Of a stretch of DNA of 64,000 bases, positions 13,415 through 24,415 are shown piece after piece. The DNA is taken from the NCBI GenBank assembly GCA_951406725.2, contig OX597817.1, positions 95,232,001 to 95,296,000 on the forward strand, written 5' to 3'. Below the pieces are notes generated by a model, which worked only from the letters and a program-made list of their open reading frames with translations, did no database searches and was not told where the DNA came from. Within the stretch, counting starts at the first letter, position 1; the number at the start of each line of letters is the position of its first letter. A program made the position numbers and the translations under genes. The stretch is from Octopus vulgaris. Taxonomy: Eukaryota.

Positions 13415-14750
13415 TAGTTTCTAATGCAAACACCAGAGACACACGACTACAAGAACTAAAAGATACCCTCATCACCAGGAACTACCCACCTTCACTTATT
13501 GACATATGCATTCAACATCCAGGAACTCAGACATCCTAAATTAAAGAAAAATTTACAACCAAAAGCCTTACCACACATCTCCACACACAACCCTCTCAAC
13601 AATGAAGCCTTCAACACCATCCTCCAAAACATACCCCTGCTAAAAAAAGACCACAGAATGAACATAATCCTCCAAACACACACGATCATAAAAAGCAAGA
13701 GACAGCCCAAATCTATGAAAAGTCTCCTAACACAAGCCCAAATACGCTCATCAACACAGAAGCCGACAGTAAAAAAATGTGGAAGACCCAATTGCGGGAT
13801 ATGCGATTATCTAATTGAGGGATCAAAGTTCTCCTTCAAACAGGGACAACGGTTCACAGTGAAAAGCAACTTCACATGTGCTTTGGAGAACCTGATAGAC
13901 ACACTAACCTACTCTGGGTGTCAAGAGCAATACATAGGCCAAACAAAAAATAGTTTGCGTAAAAGAATGGCCCTGCACAGATCCCAGATAAAAATTTCCC
14001 AAAACAGAAAAATAGCATTCAGCCAACACATAGAGATTTGTGCCAACAACAAAACACCAAGCTTCAGGATTTCCCCCATCTACCAATTCAGGGACGATAC
14101 AACCTGGAGCCAACGAATAAGTAAAGAAACTCTCTTTATTACATAATACAGGCCCCTTCTGAACAGTAAACGATATATCCACCTCAGCTTTAGAATAACA
14201 CAAATACACATGCAAATATTACATTCCTAAGAAAATTCCATTAAAAATCAGCCCCAATCGCAGCTATAACCTATAATGTGCCAACTTTAAGTCATACAAC
14301 ACCTTCTTCTTCTCCTCCTCCTCCTTCTACTTCCTAACTTTATCACTAATGCTTTTTAGTATAACACCTAAGCAAATTCTATAAACAAACCTTTCAATAG
14401 AAATATTCTCATGAATTGAACAACAACTGCTAGCCATCACTGACCACTCAAAATACAACAATCAAGGCACTCCCAAATTCTCCCCCCCTTCTCACCCTCC
14501 TTCTTCCCTACCAAGAATTCACAACCCACAAGTGTAAACAAGAGAGACAGAGAAAGGCAGAAACAAAGAAAATGCCACTTATATTTGAACACTATACAAA
14601 TATTCTTTTAAAAAAACTTTTCTTTTAATTTTTCTAAATTTAATTATTTAATCGTTACAGTTGAAAAGGTCTCAAATGACTGAAACCGGTACTGAGAAAT
14701 GTTCTTTATAAAATTATTTTAGCATTTTTCTATCTTGACTTGTTTTTTCA
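13415..14750 (+). mobile_element. Penelope-like element family A (Neptune-type), 3' part with GIY-YIG endonuclease and terminal repeat
   Basis: ORF 13499-14146: KKCGRPNCGIC linker, FTC...QYIGQTKNSLRKRM..H, and E..FI. Confidence 0.85.
14658..14694 (+). ncRNA. Minimal type I hammerhead-like motif, U3-A8 core variant
   Basis: cag-TTGAAAA-ggtc(tcaaat)gact-GAAA-ccgg-TA-ctg; palindromic stem III (accggt); stem I is only 3 bp. Confidence 0.55.
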
Positions 14751-14764
14751 TATATATATATATA

Positions 14765-16100
14765 TAACGGGAAGCTTTATGAAAATAGACAAAAGACGAA
14801 GGCAGGTTTATGGAAATAAACAAAAGACGAAGGCAGGTGGAATACAAACAAACAATTGTATTAGTATGGCGCTCAGGAAATATAAATAAAACAAGTCTTT
14901 AACGTTTCGAGCCTACGCTCTTCAACAGAAAGATACACAGAGAAAAAACACAGAAAGAAGGAGAGAAAAAAATATGCATGCAGAGGCTAGCGAATCAACA
15001 TGGCGATCTGATTTCGGCCAGAAGTCAAAGATCAAACGTGAGACGCAAGAGCGAAATTAGGGGAGATAATAGAGTTAAATGACCTCGCTCCAACATAAGA
15101 GTGTGTGTGTGTGTATGAGAAGAGTGTGTGTGTGTGTATGAGAGAGTATTAGTATGTATGAGAGGTCTGGACGTGTGTATGTATATATGATGTGATGTGT
15201 AAAGTCGTATGGTGTAGTGTAGAGAGAGGAGATGAGGGGGGAGGTAATGGGGAGGGGGAGAAAGAAAGGGCAGAAGAGAAGGGGAGAAGGAGGAGGAGAA
15301 GAGGAGGGGGAGAAGGAATAAGAGGAGGAGGGAGGATAGAGGGGGAGAGAGAGAGAAGGGGAGTGAGGGAGCAGAGAGAGAGAAGGGGAGTGAGGGAGCA
15401 GAGAGAAAGAGGGAAGAAGGAGGGAGGGAGAAAGAGGGAAGAGGAGTAGGGGTGAAAGGATGAAGGACTGAAGAGAAGTAGGGGTCGGGGGGATTAGATG
15501 AGGAGGGGGGAGAGGGGGGAAGTTGAGACCAAATGGCGTATAAGAGCGAAGAGAGAAGATTAATTCCTGTTCACGGCGCAAACGGGAATCCGGAATGGCC
15601 TCTGTGTAAGGACAAACCGAACACAGACAGGTGTTGCAAGGAGTGACCGGTGGAGCGGAAATGGCGTGAGACCGGTGTGTCATTCGCAAGGCGGATGTCA
15701 CGAAGGTGTTCCGCAAACCGGTCAGCCAAGCGGCGTCCCGTTTGTCCGATGTACAGGGAATGGCAGAGAGAGCAAGAGATGCAATAGATAATATTGCTGG
15801 AGGTGCAGGTGAAGGAGTTGATGATGCGATAGGGTCGATGATGGGTGCCAGTGAGGAGGGTGGTGTTGGAGAGGTAAGGGCAAGTGCGGCAATGTGGGTG
15901 GGAGCAGGGGAACGAGCCAGGTTGGGAGGTAGAGTCAGGGAAGGAGCTATGGACAAAAAGGTCTCGAAGGTTATGGGCTCATTTGAAAGAGGGGAGGGGT
16001 CGGTTAGGGAAGAGGTGTGAAGTGGACGGGTCGGACTGGAGATGACGGAAAGCTTGAAGAATGGTGCGTTGGAGAGGTAGGGTCGTGGGGTGGTAAGTGA
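14765..16100 (-). mobile_element. Penelope-like element family B, 3' part
   Basis: A minus frame absent from the ORF track reads GSFPCSHPHCRTCPY...FTCTSSNIIYCISCSLCHSLYIGQTGRRLADRFAEH; after a frameshift, RREQELIFSLRSYTPFGLN. Confidence 0.85.
14896..14933 (-). ncRNA. Minimal hammerhead-like motif, CUGUNGA variant
   Basis: tcttt-CTGTTGA-A-gagc(gtag)gctc-GAAAC-GTT-aaaga; a second copy at 9411-9448 reads CTGTCGA...GAAAC-GTA. Confidence 0.5.
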
Positions 16101-16212
16101 GGGTTTTCAAATCAAACTAAGTTCCTGTGTAAAAAGTTTTGACCATTTTATAGTGGTATTGAGTTTGTAGTGGTGGGGAGGAATATAAGACAGTACAAGA
16201 GGGTGATATATG

Positions 16213-16383
16213 TATAAATTAAATTAGAAATAAAACCACTATTAGGCAAATCAATGAAAAACATAAACTAAAACATAACAATAAAAATAATTAATATAAT
16301 ATACAAAATATATAAAATATAAAATTAAAAATTTAAATTATTTAAATTTAAAATTAAAATTATTAATTTATATTTATAAATTT

Positions 16384-16446
<63 letters not shown>

Positions 16447-19400
16447 AATATATATAACTATCAAAAAGTATTAAAAAGTTTAATATAAGATAAAAACTAA
16501 AACCACTACATACGTTTCATGCCCATAACCTAATTCGAATTACAATAATTTAAATTCAATTAATAATTCGAATTATGGTTATAGTCAATGTTCAGGTTAA
16601 AGATAATAGTTAAATAAATAAGCAAATATATTTAAACAATATTTTTTTTAAGAAATAAATAAAATAATAATTTTTCTTATAAAAAACTCTATTATCAAAC
16701 TAGAAACTTTAACGATTATGATTATGTCATACAATCCAATTATAATGTTAAATATTAATTTTTAAGGTAAGAATAGATAGAAAATGTATTTATCTATTCA
16801 GATATAATATGGCTTTAAAAAAAACATAATAAACTCACGAATAACCTAATCTCAGTTATAGTCAATATCTATATAAAATTATAGTAATGCCTCGATGTAC
16901 GAGTAAATTCATTCCCAGAGTACGCTTTTATTTTTAAGCTAAAACTCAATATGAATAGTGATTTTTTAAATTATTTTTTTTGTTAAATAATTAGGTAATT
17001 ACCTAATTGAGTTTTAGCTTAAAAATAAAAGCGTACTCTGGGAATGAATTTACTCGTACATCGAGGCGTTACTATAATTTTATATAAATTAATTAATGTT
17101 ATAAGATTTTTAGAGTATACATAGTAATTGGTAGTTATTAATTATTTATTTATTGAATATTAAGTATAATTTAATAGAAATATTAAAATTACTAAGTCTC
17201 TCTAAAGGAGATTACAGCAGCGTTACTGGAAATTAATAGTTATCGCCATACTAATGTGGCAGTCTTATAAATATAAGACTAAAGCTGTCGCTGGTTAGCT
17301 CCAAGAGGCCACCGCCTCAAGCTAGCTATTTGACACACGAACCTGCATCCATTACGAGCCTTCGAACTGTAGCTGTCTGACTGGCAGGATGAAGCGGCTG
17401 ACCTCCCTTGTTTGAAGGCTTGTAATGGACGCAGGTTCGTGTGTCAAATAGCTAGCTTGAGGCAGTGGCCTCTTGGAGCTAACCAGCGACAGCTTTAGTC
17501 TTATATTTATAAGACTGCCATATTAGTATGGCGATAACTATTAAGTATAATTTATTATTGTTATTTTAATAATAAATCTTATAGTATAGAGTGGTTCTCT
17601 TCTTTAATTGTAACTTCATTCTATTTACATTTATTGTTAAACCATAGCTTTTTCCATTGACAATTTTAATCCACAATTTTCATTGATAAAATATATTCGT
17701 AGATTTTCACTGTTAAAGAATTCTTCATATATTTATTCTATTTTTGTTAATAATGTAATTCCACGAGTATTCTTATAAATGCAAAGCTAAGTAATCTATT
17801 TCTATTTAAGATTTAAAAATTTTAAATATTTTAATAAGTCTTATTGTCTAATGTTGTATTCTATATAAATACTGATTGTTATGTAATGGTTTAGTTATCG
17901 AAGTTATGTATAATTATTAGATTTTAACTCTAAATTTATTTGTAAGACTTTACTTAGCCAAAGAGATATATAGATCGTTAATAGTAATACGATATTTTAA
18001 AGTTAGGTTTCATGTCTACACATTTATTAATAGCATAAATTTTAGTCTTTAATCACTATATTTGTTGATAGTTATTTAGTTATTATTTTTAAATATTTTA
18101 TAATTATTAGATGTGTGCTTAAATCTAATATATGAATAACGATTTTTTAGTTAAATAATTTGGTAATTAAATTTTTGGACTATAACTGAGTTAAGGATAT
18201 TGGTGAGTTTATTATGTTTTTTTATATATTCATAAATATCTCTAATAGTTGACTTTGTTCTATTATAGCTTATATATAGCTATTTTCAATTGATAATTTG
18301 TAGTAGTATTTTTCATTGATAAATATATTCGTAGTATTTATTGGATACTATATAACTAAGGATTGATAATTTCATTGTATAAGTATTTAGTTGTTGAAGA
18401 TATGTATTTCATTATTTCATTAGTAGTTCTTAACTATACGTTTTTTGTAAGTTATTAATTAGCCAACGAGATATATGGATCATTAAATAGTTATAGGGTT
18501 CTTTTAAGATAGTTTATTTGTTTACAATTTGCTTTTTCATTTTTAATCTTTTAATTTTTAATATATTTCATAAGTAATAATGAATAATTAATTTATTTAG
18601 TTTTTTATTATATGTATAGGCGCAGGAGTGGCTGTGTGGTAAGTAGCTTGTTTACCAACCACATGGTTCCGAGTTCAGTCCCACTGCGTGGCACCTTGGG
18701 CAAGTGTCTTCTACTCTAGCCTCGGGCCAACCAAAGCCTTGTGAGTGGATTTGGTAGACAGAAACTGAAAAGAAGCCCGTCGTATATATGTATATATATA
18801 TATGCGTATGTGTGTTTGTGTGTCTGTGTTTGTCCCCCTAGCATTGCTTGACAACCGATGCTGGTGTGTTTATGTCCCCGTTACTTAGCGGTTCGGCAAA
18901 AGAGACCGATAGAATAAGTACTGGGCTTACAAAAAGAATAAGTCCCAGGGTCGAGTTGCTCGATTAAAGGATCTGCTCCAGCATGGCCACAGTCAAATGA
19001 CTGAAACAAGTAAAAGAGTAAAAGAGAGAGTAAAGAGTATATATATTTATTGATAGAGATAATTTTAGATCTTAATTCTTATATTTATATATATTTATTG
19101 ATAATTTAGTTATTATTCAAATATTTTATAATTATTTGATTTGAACTTAAATTTAATAATATGAATAGTGATTTTTTTGATTATTTTTTTGTTAAATAAT
19201 TAGGTAATTAGATATTGACTATAACTGAGATTAGGTTATTCGTGAGTTTATTGTTTTTTTAAAGCCATATTATATCTGAATAGATAAATACATTTTCTAT
19301 CTATTCTTACCTTAAAAATTAATATTTAACATTATAATTGGATTGTATGACATAATCATAATCGTTAAAGTTTCTAGTTTGATAATAGAGTTTTTTTATA

Positions 19401-19629
19401 AGAAAAATTATTTTATTTATTTCTTAAAAAATATTGTTTAAATATATTTGCTTATTTATTTAACTATTATCTTTAACCTGAACATTGACTATAACCATAA
19501 TTCGAATTATTAATTGAATTTAAATTATTGTAATTCGAATTAGGTTATGGGCATGAAACGTATGTAGTGGTTTTAGTTTTTATCTTATATTAAACTTTTT
19601 AATACATTTTGATAGTTATATATATTTAA

Positions 19630-19696
<67 letters not shown>

Positions 19697-19752
19697 TGAT
19701 TGATTGATTGATTCTAGTTTCAGCTCATGAGCTGTGGCCATGCTGGGGCACC

Positions 19753-19803
<51 letters not shown>

Positions 19804-19970
19804 TTATAAATATAAATTAATAATTTTAATTTTAAATTTAAATAATTTAAATTTTTAATTTTATATTTTATATATTTTGTATATTATATTAATTATTTTT
19901 ATTTTTATGTTTTGGTTTATGTTTTTCATTGATTTGCCTAATAGTGGTTTTATCTCTAATTTAATTTATA
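16213..19970. repeat. Long AT-rich inverted repeat (arms 16213-16871 and 19209-19970) with internal hairpins
   Basis: The arms are near-perfect reverse complements, each with an internal (TA)n. Internal hairpins lie at 16871-17085 and 17233-17544. Confidence 0.9.
18619..19037 (+). mobile_element. Full-length tRNA-derived CORE-type SINE
   Basis: A box tggctgtgtgg, B box gagttcagtcc, CORE-like accttgggcaagt, and a (gtaaaaga)n tail. Fragments of the family recur near 29535-29598, 43290-43500, 44400-44585, 45056-45115, 52560-52820 and 62490-62715. Confidence 0.8.
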
Positions 19971-20126
19971 TTTATACTGTGAAATCCTAAATCTAATTTT
20001 TCCCTATAAGTTTGGATTTACTCCAATATTATTATTATTATATATATAATAAGAAAGGGTAAAATTAATTAATTAAGAAGTAATCAATAATTTCACCAAG
20101 TAGAATTTCTTATATTTCTTGAGTTT

Positions 20127-20190
20127 GTTGCACTGACGAACATGAAATGCATATTCTGCATTAAATGCGAAATCACATGTGATATGTAAC
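20127..20190 (+). ncRNA. Type I hammerhead ribozyme motif with palindromic stem III
   Basis: Stem I gttgca/tgtaac (6 bp, one G-U); core CTGACGA; interrupted stem II; GAAA; stem III atcacatgtgat is a perfect palindrome; AUA cleavage triplet ends at 20184. Confidence 0.75.
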
Positions 20191-20344
20191 TGAATTCTTT
20201 TTTAAAATGATGTGTTTTGAAGTTTTGCATTCGGTAAAATTTTGTTTATTTTTAGTAGTTTTGACCGCATTGGTCCCTCTTAGCGTGTTGGTATCTACGA
20301 ATAGTAGTACCCTCAATATAATATTAAAAAATAAGTATATATAT

Positions 20345-22228
20345 GAAAAAATAAGTCAAAATAGAAATTGCTAAAATAATTTTATAAAGAACATTTCAGT
20401 CATTTTGAGACCTTTTCAACTGTAATGATTAAATAATTAAATTTAGAAAAATTAAAAGAAATGTTTTTTTAAAAGGAATATTTGTATAGTGTTCAAATAT
20501 AAGTGGCATTTTCCTTGTTTCTGCCTTGCTCTGTCCCTCTTGTTCACACTTGTGAATTCTTGGTAGGGAAGAAGAAGAAGGATGATGAGGAGAAGGGGGG
20601 GGGAAGAATTTGGGAGTGCCTTGATTGTTGTATTTTGAATGGTCAGTGGTGGCTAGCAGTTCATGAGAATGTTTCTATTGAAAGGTTTGTTTATAGAATT
20701 TGCATAGGTGTTATACTAAAAAGCATTAGTGATAAAGTTAGGAAGGGAGAAGATGGTGATGATAATGATGTTGATGATGCTGAAGAAGAAGAGGAAGTAG
20801 ATGATGATGATGATGATGATGATAATGATGATGATGAAGAGGAGGAAGAAGAGGAAAGAGGAAGGAGAATATGAATGAGTGGAAGTAGTGAGGTGTTTGG
20901 GGCTGATTTGTAATGGATTCTTAGGAATGTAATATTTGCATGTGGCTTTGTGTTATTCTAAAGCTGAGGTGTATATTTCGTTTGTCAGACCCATTCAGAA
21001 GGGGCTTATATTTTGTAATAAAGAGAGTTTCTTTACTTATTCGTTGGTTCCAGGTTGTATCATCCCTGAATTGGTAGAGGGGGAAAATCCTGAAGTTTGG
21101 TGTTTTGTTGTTGGCTGAATGTTATTTTTCTGTTTTGGGGAATTTTTATCTGGGATCTGTGCAGGGCTATTCTTTTACGCAAACTATTTGTTTGGCCTAT
21201 GTACTGCTCTTGACACCCAGAGCAGGTTAGTGTGCATATCAGGTTCTCCGAAGCAGATGTGAAGTTGCTTTTCATTGTAAACCGTTGTCCCTGTTTGAAG
21301 GAGAACTCTGATCCCTCAATTAGATAATCGCATATCCCGCAACTGGGTCTTCCACATTTTTTTACTGTCGGCTTCTGTGTTGAAGAGTGTATTCGGGTTT
21401 GTGTTAGGAGACTTTTCATAGATTTAGGCTGTCTCTTGCTTTTTATGATCGTGTGTGTTTGGAGGATTATGTTCATTCTGTGGTCTTTTTTTAGCAGGGG
21501 TATGTTTTGGAGGATGGTGTTGAAGGCTTCATTGTTGAGAGGGTTGTGTGTGGAGATGTATGGTAAGGGTTTTGGTCGTAAATTTTTCTTTGATTTGGGA
21601 TGTCTGAGTTCCTGGATGTTGAGTTGAATGCATATGTCAATAAGTGAAGGTGGGTAGTTCCTGGTAATGAGAGTATCTTTTAGTTCTTGTAGTCGTGTGT
21701 CTCTGGTGTTTGCATTGGAAACTATAGTACATATCCTTTTCGCTAGATTAAAGGGGGATATTCATTCTGGTGTGTCTGGGGTGGCATGAATTGGAAGGAA
21801 GATATTGCTTAGAATCTGTAGGCTTATAGTATATATCTGTTTCTATTACATTATTAGATTTCTTAATAAGGATATCGAGAAAGGGGAGTTGTTGCTGGCT
21901 ATATTCCATCGTGAATTGGATGTTTACGTCCAGTCCATTTAAAATTGCTTGGAATTCTTTGAGTTTCTCTATATTTTCATGCCAAAGAATGAAACAGTCA
22001 TCTAGGTATCTCTTCCAGTTGTTTTCTATGTAGAAGGAGAAAGGGCTGCCATATCTTTCTAGAACCTTATGATACAGACTGATTTCTAGATATCCCATGA
22101 CTAGGTTGGCAAAGGAGAGGGCCATTTGCGTTACCCATCGCAGTCCCTGATTTTTGTCGGTAGAAGTTGTCTTTGAAGGCGAAGAAGTTATTTTCCAGAA
22201 TGAATTTAACCCCTTCTATCACGAATTC
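20345..22228 (-). mobile_element. Penelope-like element family A, longer copy (RT C-terminal half plus GIY-YIG)
   Basis: YRQKSGTAMG, WKRYLDDCF, LPFLDI, YYKPTD and SCHP motifs, then the same GIY-YIG region as 13499-14146. Confidence 0.9.
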
Positions 22229-22450
22229 TATGTATATATCTACATGGTACATATATGCATATATGTACATAGTACATATATGTATATGTACATGGTACAT
22301 ATATATACATATATGTACATGGTACATATATGTATATGTACATGGTACATATATATATATATATGTACATGGTACATATATGTATATGTACATGGTACAT
22401 ATATATACATATATGTACATGGTACATATATGTATATAAGTACATGGTAC
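22229..22450. repeat. Minisatellite built on tatatgtacatggtacata units (about 26-28 bp)
   Basis: Tandem units directly visible at the 5' truncation point of the Penelope copy. Confidence 0.85.
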
Positions 22451-22470
22451 CAGTAGCACTCAAGTGACCT

Positions 22471-22512
<42 letters not shown>

Positions 22513-23239
22513 CTAGCATTATGACCCGTCGCTGCCGGGTCATAGTGCTAGTGCATGTATATATGTGTATATATATATGTGTGTACATCTATATATACAT
22601 CTACACATAAAATACAAAATACAAAGTTATATCTTGATATCGCTAGTGATAACAATACTCAAAATATATAACAGACTGGAATTGTAGGCCCATCTCTTGC
22701 AATTTTGATAAATTGTATCTTGTCCTCCCTCTTGTATAGAAGTGTGGCTACAATCCAGCCTACCTCTACTTCTAGGGGGACATTTTTAATTTGCTATTTT
22801 TACTTTTGTTATGTTACGATTATATTATACTTTAGTTTGATTTTAATTATTACTTACTACATATAATTCAATTGTTATTATTATCTCTAATTTGTATTGT
22901 TAAAGTGAAAGTATCTGACATAAAATAGAGAAATATTTTTGTTTCACTTTTAACACATAATACTGAAATAGTAGAGAAGATATGGTATTGCTATGGGCTC
23001 GCCCTAGCCAAGAAGTTGAACATTTTTTTGCCCATGAATCTACATGGGCCCTAAGTAAGGCATGTGTAAAATTTAAATGAAATTGGTTGTGTAGTTCTCA
23101 AGTTTTAGGGAATCATAGTGGAGAAGATATGATATTGCTATGGGCTCGCCCTAGGCAAAAAGTTGTGTAGTGCTCAAGTTTTAGGGAAACACACAGACAG
23201 ACAGACACACACACACACATTCTCAGTTTTATATAGAGA
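22513..23239 (-). mobile_element. Non-autonomous Helitron
   Basis: Minus strand starts tctctatataaaac and ends with the hairpin tgacccggcagcgacgggtca then CTAG. A partial second copy lies at about 62718-62978. Confidence 0.7.
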
Positions 23240-23299
23240 TTTATAATAAGAGATATATAAAACTGAGAATGTTTGTCTGTCTGTGTGTTTCCCTAAAAC

Positions 23300-24104
23300 T
23301 TGAGAAGCATCACATGTGGTGTGCAAGTGAGATGAGTGCACTGGTATGGCCATGTGGCGAGAATGGATGAGGATAGCTGTGTGAAAAAGTGCCACACCCT
23401 AGCGGTTGAGGGAACCTGTGTAAGAAGTAGACCCAGGAAGACCTGAGATGAGGTGGTGAAGCATGATCTTTGAACATTGGGCCTCACTGATTCAATGACT
23501 AGTGACTGGGACCTTTGGAAATATGCTATGCTTGAGAAGACTGGGCAAGCCCAAGTGAGACCATAACCTCATGGCCTATACCAGGGATGTAACCAGCCCA
23601 CTTATGCATACCTTTCCTTCATTGGACACTAAACTCTGCTTGCGAAGACCTGTTGAGGCAAGTGAAATCAAAATCGAAATCAAATTCGATGACTGGCATC
23701 CATGTTAGTGTAGCACAAAGAGTACCATACAAGCGTGATCGTTGCCAGAGCAACAAACTGTCCTCCATGCCAGTGGTACGTAAAAAGCCCCATTTGAGTG
23801 TGTGATCATTACCTGCGTTGCCTTACTGGCACTTGTGCTGGTGGCATGTGAAAAAATATTCGAGCGAGTCCGTTGCCAGTGCCGCTGGACTGGCTCCTGT
23901 GCAAGTGGCACATAAAAAGCACCATTTGAGCATGGCCGTTGCCCACTACACTCTCGGGGTGGTTGGCATTAGGAAGGGCATCCAGCTGTAGAAACTCTAC
24001 TGGATCAAATTGGAATCTGATGCAGCCATCTAGTTCGCCAGACCTCAGTCAAATTGTCCAACCCATGCTAGCATGGAAAGCGGAGTTTAAACAATGATGA
24101 TGAT
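23300..24104 (+). mobile_element. RTE family A 3' fragment
   Basis: WYGHVARMDEDSCVKKC-coding sequence, 3' UTR repeats and a (GAT)n tail. Confidence 0.8.
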
Positions 24105-24144
24105 ATGTATATGCATACAAAGGAATCGGTTATTATTATTATTA

Positions 24145-24199
<55 letters not shown>

Positions 24200-24376
24200 G
24201 ATTAGGTGTATTATATTATTCTTATTAGATAAAATATAAAAAAGAGGGAAGAGAAAATTATCAAAAGAGAAATAATAGTGGAATTTAAATAATCAATCTA
24301 TCTTAAGATTATTGTAGTTATGTAGGAATGAAAAGGTATATAAATGAGGAATACATACATACATACACACACAAAC

Positions 24377-24409
<33 letters not shown>

Positions 24410-24415
24410 TATATA

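Noticed and set aside
15075-15956. 293-aa Pro/Ser-rich ORF as a host gene
   Set aside because: Mostly an off-frame reading of the Penelope GIY-YIG region plus its pyrimidine-rich 3' UTR.
18619-18695. tRNA gene
   Set aside because: A and B boxes are present, but it is the head of a multi-copy SINE and no full cloverleaf is evident.
20503-20874. Acidic poly-D/E ORF
   Set aside because: Antisense reading of trinucleotide repeats in the Penelope 3' UTR.
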